DNA of 64,000 bases, taken from contig OY759746.1 in NCBI GenBank assembly GCA_963662795.1, forward strand, positions 1,088,001 to 1,152,000, given 5' to 3'. Every line of letters begins with the position of its first letter. Positions within the stretch are counted from its first letter, which is position 1. Source of the stretch: Spirochaetia bacterium (lineage in GTDB: Bacteria > Spirochaetota > Spirochaetia > CADAEX01). The notes below the pieces were generated by a model, which was not told the DNA's origin, did no database searches, and worked only from the letters and a program-made list of their open reading frames with translations. This document shows positions 56,442 through 64,000 of this stretch, piece after piece. The translations under genes and the position numbers were made by a program.

Positions 56442-57674
56442 ATGAAAATATGGGTTAAATATCTGATCGGGCTGGTACTTGGAATAATTGCCGGCATTGT
56501 TTTTTCAAATAGTTCATCTGCGGCTGTGCAGGCGGTAAAACCTTATGCTGATATCTTTATTCACATTGGAAGATACAGTTTTTATCCTCTTGTATTTTTT
56601 TCACTTACCATCGGGATTCACGAACTGCTTCTTAATAAAAAATTTTTTGTAATCCACAGAAATACCTTCCTGATGATTATTACCGCTGCTTTTTTCACAA
56701 CCATTATAGGAATTTCAATTACACTGCTTTTTTCGCCTGAAAGAATACCCGTGCTTCTTGAAAAGAAAACTGTAGAAACAATAATGCCGCTGTCAGAACA
56801 GCTTTTTTCCATATTTCCAAAGAATCTTTTTATAATTTTTTCCGATAATGGCAACTTCATACTCCCTACAGTTTTTCTTGCATTACTTTTGGGCGTTAAC
56901 CTTAATTTTGACAAAATTGTAACAAAACCTGTCGTTCAGCTTTTTGATTCCTTAAACCGTATTGCGTACAATATCAACAGCCTAATCCTCGAAATAATGG
57001 CGCCGGGAATGGGATTCTTTTCTGCATATCTTTTTTTTACAGTTTCATCAATCAGGCAGATAGCGCTTTACAAACAGCTTTTTTTGATACTTTTTATATG
57101 TACGGCATTCATGATTTTTCTCGTTTTCCCGGCTATACTTTACATGATCGGATTTAAGGAAAAACCGTATAAGTATCTGTACGCCATTGCAGGAGCTGCC
57201 ATAGCAGGTTTTTTAACAGGGGATAATTATCTTTCCAGCAATGTTCTCATACGCCATTGCCACGAGAATCTTGGCATTTCAAGGCAGACAGGATCGGTAT
57301 CGGTCACACTTTTTGCAATATTCGGCAGGGCAGGAACAGCTCTTGTCTCGTCAGTCTGTTTTATTCTTATGCTAAAGTCCTATTCAAGTATTGATATAAA
57401 CTTTCTTCAGATACTTTATGTTGCACTGTTGATTTTTTTGGTATCGTTTACACTTTGTTCAGTTCCCGGAATGGGAGTAATGGTACTTCTTACAATTGTT
57501 TCAACAATATACGGACACGGGATTGAAGACGGCTACCTGATGTTCAAGCCGGTACTGCCTCTTCTGCTCAGCTTCGCTGTTCTTGTTGATGTTGTAACGG
57601 CCGGAATCTCATCAATGATAATAGCCCATCTTGACGGAGAAAGAAACGATATAGAGATAAGGGAATTTATCTGA
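56442..57674 (+). CDS. Dicarboxylate/amino acid:cation symporter (DAACS) family, divergent
   Basis: Multi-TM; PLVFFS, IFPKN, FGRAGTAL, SVPGMG. Confidence 0.8.
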   Translation: MKIWVKYLIGLVLGIIAGIVFSNSSSAAVQAVKPYADIFIHIGRYSFYPLVFFSLTIGIHELLLNKKFFVIHRNTFLMIITAAFFTTIIGISITLLFSPERIPVLLEKKTVETIMPLSEQLFSIFPKNLFIIFSDNGNFILPTVFLALLLGVNLNFDKIVTKPVVQLFDSLNRIAYNINSLILEIMAPGMGFFSAYLFFTVSSIRQIALYKQLFLILFICTAFMIFLVFPAILYMIGFKEKPYKYLYAIAGAAIAGFLTGDNYLSSNVLIRHCHENLGISRQTGSVSVTLFAIFGRAGTALVSSVCFILMLKSYSSIDINFLQILYVALLIFLVSFTLCSVPGMGVMVLLTIVSTIYGHGIEDGYLMFKPVLPLLLSFAVLVDVVTAGISSMIIAHLDGERNDIEIREFI

Positions 57675-57680
57675 TATTTT

Positions 57681-58340
57681 TTAGTTTCCGGGACTCTTTT
57701 CCTGTACTTTAAACGAAAAGATAAGACAAAGCCGGACTGACAGCTGATCAGTAATCGCCCCTCCGTCCCACAGATGATACAGCGGAAACAACAGGTCAAG
57801 ACGGCTTTTAAACGATTTCAGCGGCGAATAATTCCATTCAATCAGACCTCCCGCTTCAAGAAATATAAATCTGCCGCCATAAAAATAAGAGAGGATATCT
57901 GCTTTCTGTGTGTCACCCTCTCCCCATGTTTTCATGGGAACCCTGAGGACCAGAAGAGGAGAGGCAAGCCATCCCCAATCAATATTTTCTCTGAGGCGGT
58001 ACTTCATCACATAGGGAGAATCAAGGAAAATGCTCAGCAGCAAAACAGAATCCGCGTATTCGATCTCTGCGGGCAGGGCCATGCTTTCTTCTGCCGACCA
58101 GAGATAGTAATTTGCTGTCATTGCAATTGATGGCTCGATAAAACTATTCTCTCTGAATGCAAAACTTGCAGCAGCCCCTATAAACGGAAGTATTGGAGAA
58201 GGGGCTCCCTCAGCGCTGCTGTTGCCGGTAAACATAACCCCGCCCATGGCGCCGATTGAATCAATTCCATATAAAGAGAAAGAGGTAAAAGGAAAGACAG
58301 CAAGAAAGAATATTGCAATATATTTTTTCATTTCCATCAT
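57681..58340 (-). CDS. Hypothetical secreted protein, possible small outer-membrane beta-barrel
   Basis: Signal peptide, alternating aromatic/hydrophobic strands, C-terminal VRLCLIFSF strand. Confidence 0.6.
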   Translation of the reverse strand: MMEMKKYIAIFFLAVFPFTSFSLYGIDSIGAMGGVMFTGNSSAEGAPSPILPFIGAAASFAFRENSFIEPSIAMTANYYLWSAEESMALPAEIEYADSVLLLSIFLDSPYVMKYRLRENIDWGWLASPLLVLRVPMKTWGEGDTQKADILSYFYGGRFIFLEAGGLIEWNYSPLKSFKSRLDLLFPLYHLWDGGAITDQLSVRLCLIFSFKVQEKSPGN

Positions 58341-58352
58341 CTAATTAAATTA

Positions 58353-59495
58353 CTATTGAGTAATTTTTTCAACCTTTTTTTCATTTATTATCGAAAGACC
58401 GGCTTCCCCTGTAAGGTAAAACTGCTGATGTTCCCAGGCTGCATATAGTTTTCCGTTCTGCCAGTAAAGTGCTGTATAAAAATAATCATCCGGAAGTTTA
58501 TCAATTTCCAGCATTAATATTTTATTATTTTCAGCCGTATAGATCCTCTTGCCGTAAGTAAAAAAATACTTTCCGTCTCCATCCGCCGCATTTATTTTCT
58601 CATACTTTTCCCTGTTTCCGTTAAGACTGCCGGCTGAATACTCAAGAGGTGCCGGCATATCAGGATCGCGGAGAGTCAAATCTATTATTTTATCTGTTCC
58701 ACCCGTTATTTCCAGAAGCTGATCTATGTTTTTTTTCAACAGGACCGGGGCAGTGCTTTTTTTCAGCTCCATTATTGAAGATTTAAAAATCTGCTCGGTT
58801 ATCTCTCTTATATTCCCCCCCTCAGGTGTAGTGTGGGTAAAATATCTGAAGAGTGTTTTTGTTTTACTGCTATGTTTCCAGGCTGAATACCAGACTTTTT
58901 CTTTCAGGTTGAGTTCTGTAAGTGAATATCCCTCCGGAAAAGAAGGATAAGCCGACGGCTTATCCGGAGCATATTTTTTAACAGTATTTCCCTTTAAATC
59001 AATTTCAACAAAAGGATCAGAATCACCAGAAAGATAATCACCGGGAAAAAAAGTATTTTTATATATATGACATAAAATGGTATTCTCTTTTTTTATGATA
59101 TTCCCTGTAGTTTTTTGTGCAAAATTCTCAGCGCCAAAATAAGAAATATCACCCTCCCCTCCGCCCAGGCTAAAAAGGGCAACCCCTTTTCCGTTAACAC
59201 AGACAGCTGTCCCATTATCTGTTCCCGCGATATCTGAGATCCTCACGGATAAAGGCCACGGATAAAGTGCCTCTGCATTCTGAAGTTTATTTTCCGGGGA
59301 ACTGATTTCCCTGAACCACCCTTTAGAACCTCCTTCCCTTTCGAGGAGCAGATGTACTATTGGCGATACTGCTTCTGCATCAGCTTTTATTTCAGATTGT
59401 GCTGAATCTGATGAGTTTTTTACACAGCCTGTCAGAAGCAGCAATACAAGAAAAATATTGGCTGTTATCGGGTATATGGATTTTTTACTGATCAC
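58353..59495 (-). CDS. Hypothetical lipoprotein
   Basis: Lipobox LLTGC; beta-rich body. Confidence 0.7.
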   Translation of the reverse strand: MISKKSIYPITANIFLVLLLLTGCVKNSSDSAQSEIKADAEAVSPIVHLLLEREGGSKGWFREISSPENKLQNAEALYPWPLSVRISDIAGTDNGTAVCVNGKGVALFSLGGGEGDISYFGAENFAQKTTGNIIKKENTILCHIYKNTFFPGDYLSGDSDPFVEIDLKGNTVKKYAPDKPSAYPSFPEGYSLTELNLKEKVWYSAWKHSSKTKTLFRYFTHTTPEGGNIREITEQIFKSSIMELKKSTAPVLLKKNIDQLLEITGGTDKIIDLTLRDPDMPAPLEYSAGSLNGNREKYEKINAADGDGKYFFTYGKRIYTAENNKILMLEIDKLPDDYFYTALYWQNGKLYAAWEHQQFYLTGEAGLSIINEKKVEKITQ

Positions 59496-59498
59496 TTC

Positions 59499-60173
59499 TT
59501 ATAAGGCAAGTGTCTCTACCATATATCTTACAGAGACAGAATCCTTTTCAGTTATTGTTTTTGCGATAACAAGAACCATGCTTCTCTCGTCAGGAGACAG
59601 GAAGATTTTCCTTATACTGTAACCTGAAACATTTTTCCTCTTAACAGAAGGAGTCCCGGCTGTATATGCTTTTACCGGTGATGAAGAGCTTTCCGCAAGA
59701 ATTTTTATCCCAAAAGATGATTCAGGAGCGGCAGAACTTCCGGAAACATTCTGCTGAAGGCTTATTTTATATGCTTTCCCTGTTTTAAAATCCCTGAATT
59801 CAAGATCTCTTACAGGGTCACCATTGATATTAATATAAAGACACCGGCCTTTTTGAAGCGGGTCTATACCGGCCTTTTTTGCCGTATCTGATATTTCAAA
59901 TAATCCTTTATAAAAAGCACCGGTTCCATCCTCCATGGAATAAGCTGTAAGAGGATACTGTTTTTTGATTACCCCGTCTTTTGTAAAGCTGTTTTTGGGA
60001 ACATCAACTGTATATATATCTGAATACACAGATGTTTCTGATACCCCGTACTGGGCAAACATAAAATATCTGGAATCACCGGAAAAACCTATATCGGTGA
60101 AGGTCGCGATATCACCCGCAAAAAGAGAATAACTTCCCAAAAAGTATGAAATAATTATTAATATTTTCCGCAT
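59499..60173 (-). CDS. DUF2259-like secreted protein
   Basis: Signal peptide then AGD.A.F..IGFS.D..YFMFAQYG, and RYMVET at the C-terminus. Confidence 0.75.
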   Translation of the reverse strand: MRKILIIISYFLGSYSLFAGDIATFTDIGFSGDSRYFMFAQYGVSETSVYSDIYTVDVPKNSFTKDGVIKKQYPLTAYSMEDGTGAFYKGLFEISDTAKKAGIDPLQKGRCLYININGDPVRDLEFRDFKTGKAYKISLQQNVSGSSAAPESSFGIKILAESSSSPVKAYTAGTPSVKRKNVSGYSIRKIFLSPDERSMVLVIAKTITEKDSVSVRYMVETLAL

Positions 60174-60266
60174 ATTTTTTCATCCCCTAATTTCTTATCG
60201 AACAAAACATTGTCTTTCATGAAAGATTTTTATATTATTGAACTATCAGGGACAGGTATAAAAATT

Positions 60267-61043
60267 ATGACAATAACATCAAGGAATAGCATTGCGCTTG
60301 GAATTATTCTATTATTATCTTTTATAGTACTTTTTTTACTGATTGCCCCTTTTTCACTTACCAGGGGCAGCACAGCTTCCGGTTTTAGGGATTTTCTGAC
60401 CCCCAACTATATTTATTCTGTTCTTCTTATTATCTATGCCATGGCAGTGATGATTTATGTCAGAACATTTTTCTATAAGACAAACAGCCACGAAATATTC
60501 TTCTTCATGCTGTTCCTTTTAACAATCATGTTTGAATCCTCCCGTTCCCTTATCGTCATTTTAAAGTATCTTGACTCTCCATCAAGCTACATAATGTTTC
60601 TTTCAAGAACAGCTTATTTTGGTAAAATTTGCGGTACTGCCGCTCTATTTGCCGCAGCTTTATTTTCCTCTGAAATTGAAACAAGAAAGCTTGATACCCC
60701 GATAATAATTATTGTTGTCCTCTCTTTTTTGCTTTCCTCTTCAATTCCGCTTTCAGACAATTTACTGCAGAACAGCTATTACAGTCCCGGTTTTTTTAAT
60801 TATTTTATTTTTGCGCTGATTTTTATTGATATACTTACAATTATAATTTTTTTTATTATTTTCTTTCAGAAAAAAAACAGGGAATACCTGCTGCTTGCTC
60901 TCAGCATACTGCTTATCTCATCAGGAAGAGAGATTTCGTTTTATTTTTCGTCTATTGAATATTTTTCAATCGGAATTATTTTTATGATTATCGGAGCTGT
61001 TCTTTATTCAAACAATCTGCACAGTATATATAAATGGTATTAA
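60267..61043 (+). CDS. Hypothetical polytopic membrane protein
   Basis: About 8 hydrophobic helices; start uncertain (60210-60267). Confidence 0.7.
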   Translation: MTITSRNSIALGIILLLSFIVLFLLIAPFSLTRGSTASGFRDFLTPNYIYSVLLIIYAMAVMIYVRTFFYKTNSHEIFFFMLFLLTIMFESSRSLIVILKYLDSPSSYIMFLSRTAYFGKICGTAALFAAALFSSEIETRKLDTPIIIIVVLSFLLSSSIPLSDNLLQNSYYSPGFFNYFIFALIFIDILTIIIFFIIFFQKKNREYLLLALSILLISSGREISFYFSSIEYFSIGIIFMIIGAVLYSNNLHSIYKWY

Positions 61044-61072
61044 AAAAGCCTGCACAAAAGTACAGGCTTTTT
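61043..61072. terminator. Bidirectional intrinsic terminator
   Basis: aaaaagcctg...caggcttttt between convergent genes. Confidence 0.75.
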
Positions 61073-61100
61073 ATATTCACAGTCATACGTTGATAAAATA

Positions 61101-61721
61101 TCAAAGCAGAATCATTGCTGTGTAACCGGCCGTTATCGGAATTATAAAATTATCATAATCACCAAGTGGAAATGCCTCTGTAACAGTTACCACAGCGGCT
61201 ATTATAATCGAAACACGGCTGTTTCCTGTTACTGTAAGCGAAGAAATATAAACAGCCAGAAAACACGCAAAACTTCCTTCAAAAGTCTTTCCGCCTGTAA
61301 ATGGTATTTTTATGCTCCCGAAAACCTTTCCCGCAACACTCGCCAGACCATCTCCGAATGCCAGCGCATAGATTGCTATCTTTGCGGCATTCTCCGGATA
61401 AAACAGCAGGGCGGCCATTGCACCAAGGGCCAGCGTCACCGGTCCGCCTGCAAATCTTCCCCTGTCTCTTTCCCTGAGAGCAAATTCCTTAATTCCTGAA
61501 ATAAAAGCCAGACTATACCCCTGGGCCCTTAGAAGTTCAGACCATGAATATATTATTGTACCGCCGCCAAGAAGAGCCAGTGCAAGTCCTCTGTCAAAAC
61601 CTGCCAGCAGCGGAACCAGCCCTATCAGCATATGTATGGTTTTTCTGAATAATTCTGTCCTGATTTCATCAAGTCCTGCGGTAAAATCTTTAACTGTTGT
61701 ACTAATTGCAATCTGATTCAA
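61101..61721 (-). CDS. CTP-dependent polyprenol/diacylglycerol kinase family (phytol/dolichol kinase-like)
   Basis: RKTIH, LAFGDGLASVAG, KTFEGS, E...DNF.IP; TTG start with SD gaggtg. Confidence 0.85.
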   Translation of the reverse strand: MNQIAISTTVKDFTAGLDEIRTELFRKTIHMLIGLVPLLAGFDRGLALALLGGGTIIYSWSELLRAQGYSLAFISGIKEFALRERDRGRFAGGPVTLALGAMAALLFYPENAAKIAIYALAFGDGLASVAGKVFGSIKIPFTGGKTFEGSFACFLAVYISSLTVTGNSRVSIIIAAVVTVTEAFPLGDYDNFIIPITAGYTAMILL

Positions 61722-61755
61722 GCATACACCTCATCTTTGGAATCAATAAGTAATA

Positions 61756-61771
61756 TGCAATTATTATGCCA
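61756..61771 (-). promoter_or_regulatory. sigma54 (-24/-12) promoter
   Basis: TGGCATAATAATTGCA, close match to TGGCAC-N5-TTGCW; 34 nt before the start codon. Confidence 0.8.
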
Positions 61772-61847
61772 ACATAAGGTTTTTCAACATTTTAATAACT
61801 TCTTATATGATAAGGATTTATTTTTAGATATAGCCGGCGCTTAATTG

Positions 61848-61893
61848 TATTATCATGTTAGTGTATAAATTATTATACACTAACATGATAATA
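61848..61893. repeat. Perfect 21-bp inverted repeat with TGT-N12-ACA core
   Basis: tattatcatgttagtgtataa-atta-ttatacactaacatgataata. Confidence 0.85.
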
Positions 61894-61939
61894 TTTATAA
61901 AATCTAACCCAACCAGGTGTACACTGTTTACAGCCTGAG

Positions 61940-63214
61940 CTAAAGCAGAAAAATCAGTGTATAAACGGTTGTGACTGCAAGTGTCAAAACCATAAAACCA
62001 AAACCGAACTTTGTGAATGTCCAGAATGTTATTTTATAGCCGCTCTTTTCAGAAATACCGGCTGAAACCACATTCGCAGAAGCACCTACAAGAGTACCGT
62101 TGCCCCCCAGACATGCCCCCATTGCCAGTGACCACCAGAGCGGAGTAATTGCCTCGTTTCCGAGAGAAAGGCCAATATTTTTTACAAGAGGTATCATGGT
62201 CGCAACATAGGGAATATTATCTACAAGAGCGGAAAACAGACCGGAAACCCAGATAAGCAGCACAGATGTTGTTGTTATGTTTCCTTTTGTAAGGCCAAGA
62301 ACATATTCAGCTGCCAGCCTGATAACACCTGTTTCAACCAGCCCTCCTACAAGTATAAAAAGGCCGACAAAGAAAAAAATCGTCCCCCACTCAATATCCC
62401 TGAACAGTTCATCAACATCGTCAAGTCCTGCGATAAGCATTAATACAGCGGCTCCGAACATGGCAATTGCAGAGGCCTCAAGTTTCAGAAATCCATGCAG
62501 AAGAAAGCCCGCTATTACAAAGGAAAGGACAGAAAGGGATTTAATTAAAAGCGGTTTGTTTTCAAGCGCCTTTTTTTCATCAAACTCCATTATTCTTGCT
62601 TTTCTTTCAGTGGAAACCCTCATCTTTTTTCTATAATAAAAATAGAGTATTGAAATGTATAAAAACAGTGAAATCAGAACAGGAGGGCCCAGAGTCACAA
62701 GAAACTGCATAAAATCAAGTCCTGCACTGCTTCCAATCATAATATTGGGCGGGTCCCCTATAAGAGTTGCTGTACCCCCTATGTTTGAAGCAACTGCCAT
62801 GCTGATGACGAAAGGGATCGGGGAAACATTAAGCTCGACTGCGATAAGAATTGTAACAGGAACGATAATAAGCACGGTTGTAACATTATCCAGAAATGCC
62901 GAGAAAATTGCCGTGATCATAATCAGAAAAATGAGGATGACTACAGGTTCTCCTTTCGCCAGTTTTGCAGCCTTTATTGCAACATACTGAAAAAGTCCGG
63001 TTTTCCTGGTTATCCCTACAATTATCATCATGCTTATAAGGAGAAAAATTACATTCCAGTCAATTACACGGAATGCTTCTTCTTCTCCGATAATCTTTAA
63101 AACAAGGAAAAGCGATGCCCCGAAAAGGGCAATAACTGTCTTATTTATCAGCTCGAAAGATATTATCAGATAAAGCACTATAAATATTCCCAGTGCTATA
63201 AACATCATCGTCAT
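61940..63214 (-). CDS. ArsB/NhaD (IT superfamily) ion transporter
   Basis: SAFLDNVTT, SNIGGTATLIGDPPN, SALVDNIP, GGNGTLVGASAN. Confidence 0.88.
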   Translation of the reverse strand: MTMMFIALGIFIVLYLIISFELINKTVIALFGASLFLVLKIIGEEEAFRVIDWNVIFLLISMMIIVGITRKTGLFQYVAIKAAKLAKGEPVVILIFLIMITAIFSAFLDNVTTVLIIVPVTILIAVELNVSPIPFVISMAVASNIGGTATLIGDPPNIMIGSSAGLDFMQFLVTLGPPVLISLFLYISILYFYYRKKMRVSTERKARIMEFDEKKALENKPLLIKSLSVLSFVIAGFLLHGFLKLEASAIAMFGAAVLMLIAGLDDVDELFRDIEWGTIFFFVGLFILVGGLVETGVIRLAAEYVLGLTKGNITTTSVLLIWVSGLFSALVDNIPYVATMIPLVKNIGLSLGNEAITPLWWSLAMGACLGGNGTLVGASANVVSAGISEKSGYKITFWTFTKFGFGFMVLTLAVTTVYTLIFLL

Positions 63215-63217
63215 GTT

Positions 63218-64000
63218 CTAACTCCTCAGTATTCTGTTAAGGATATCCATAAGGGCAAGAACACCTACCACTTTGCCGTTTTCGACTACAGGGATATGCC
63301 TTCTGTTGTTGTTTGTTATTTCAAGTGCTGCTTCAATAATCGATGAATCACGGCCCAGAACAATTGAAGGCTTTTTCATGATTTCATAAACCTTTATTTC
63401 ATCTTCTTTTCGAAAAAGCCTCTCAAGCGGTTCAAAAGATTTCAGAAATTTAAGGTTTCCCATTTTTGTGGCATAATCGGGGATACCCTCTTTTATTACC
63501 GTATTAAGATTTAATTCCCCGACAAAATTTCCTTCCCCGTCGATAACAGGCAGGTAGGTAACACTGTTTTTATAGAAAGTATCCACAAGCTCTTTAAGTG
63601 TAGCGTCGGGATGTGTTGAAAAGAATTTTTCCGACATTATACTCTCGACAGTTACCTCTTCCTTAACCTTGACATTTTTCTTTTCAATCAGGCTGACAAA
63701 TGCTTCCCCGCTTGAAGATAACAACAGTTCTTCATAGAAATCTTTATCTCTTGATATTTTTATCAGTGAAGATAGAGCATTCAGATAAATATTGGAGACA
63801 GTTTTTGATGTCAGGATAAGAACTACGGTCCTGACTTCCCTTTTCCCGTCCATGAATAATTTTTCAGGAAGTAAAATACCGATCAGTATATCATCAAAAT
63901 TATCAAGCCGGGCATGGGGGATTGCTATTCCCGTATCAAAGGTTGTCCCGCCGAGCTCTTCCCTCTCTCTTATCGTCTTTTCAATATAATCCTGTTCAAT
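63218..64000 (-). CDS. PTS EIIA (Ntr/Fru-type) domain fused to a CBS pair (5' end outside window)
   Basis: Frame stays open past the track start to the window end: IREREELGGTTFDTGIAIPHAR (EIIA phospho-His motif), then two CBS domains (LPVID..G.FVG, IPVVENGKVVG). Confidence 0.85.
   Translation of the reverse strand: MEQDYIEKTIREREELGGTTFDTGIAIPHARLDNFDDILIGILLPEKLFMDGKREVRTVVLILTSKTVSNIYLNALSSLIKISRDKDFYEELLLSSSGEAFVSLIEKKNVKVKEEVTVESIMSEKFFSTHPDATLKELVDTFYKNSVTYLPVIDGEGNFVGELNLNTVIKEGIPDYATKMGNLKFLKSFEPLERLFRKEDEIKVYEIMKKPSIVLGRDSSIIEAALEITNNNRRHIPVVENGKVVGVLALMDILNRILRS

Noticed and set aside
60195-60225. Possible sigma28 promoter (TTCGATAA) upstream of the DUF2259-like gene
   Set aside because: Two mismatches and no correctly spaced -35.
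61701-61725. Short out-of-frame ORF (MLESDCN) overlapping the lipid kinase start
   Set aside because: Its ATG is only 1 nt from the SD; the TTG at 61721 has proper spacing.
1-64000. CRISPR arrays, IS elements, prophage or defence systems
   Set aside because: No regularly spaced repeats, transposase, integrase, phage or recognisable defence genes were seen.

Overview
Gene-dense, moderately AT-rich bacterial chromosome segment, most likely from a free-living spirochaete. This is inferred from the fused pyrBI, the MoxR/Bat operon, a DUF2259-like gene, spirochaete-style lipoproteins, FlgM and an MCP. It holds about 58 CDS, one tRNA-Ala(GGC) and several promoters and terminators. I saw no mobile element, prophage or CRISPR array. 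Most genes are housekeeping (ftsH, dksA, infA, argJ, fabH, lspA, rsmI, nadE, gltA). Two adjacent loci stand out. (1) 36.1-44.6 kb, a phosphate-handling locus: a Cache-domain histidine kinase and an NtrC-type activator sit upstream of a clear sigma54 promoter with tandem enhancer-like sites. That promoter precedes two degenerate DUF47/PhoU-like genes and a Na+/Pi cotransporter. A divergent canonical DUF47 + PiT operon has pho-box-like repeats upstream. (2) 45.1-52.1 kb: two overlapping citryl-CoA-lyase-like (citrate-synthase fold) genes with rewired catalytic residues, a SauS-like CoA-acylating aldehyde dehydrogenase, an atypical HAD and a LysR regulator. The promoter has a typical LysR box arrangement, and the operon is divergent from a normal citrate synthase. 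All function calls come from motif recognition by eye; no database searches were run.
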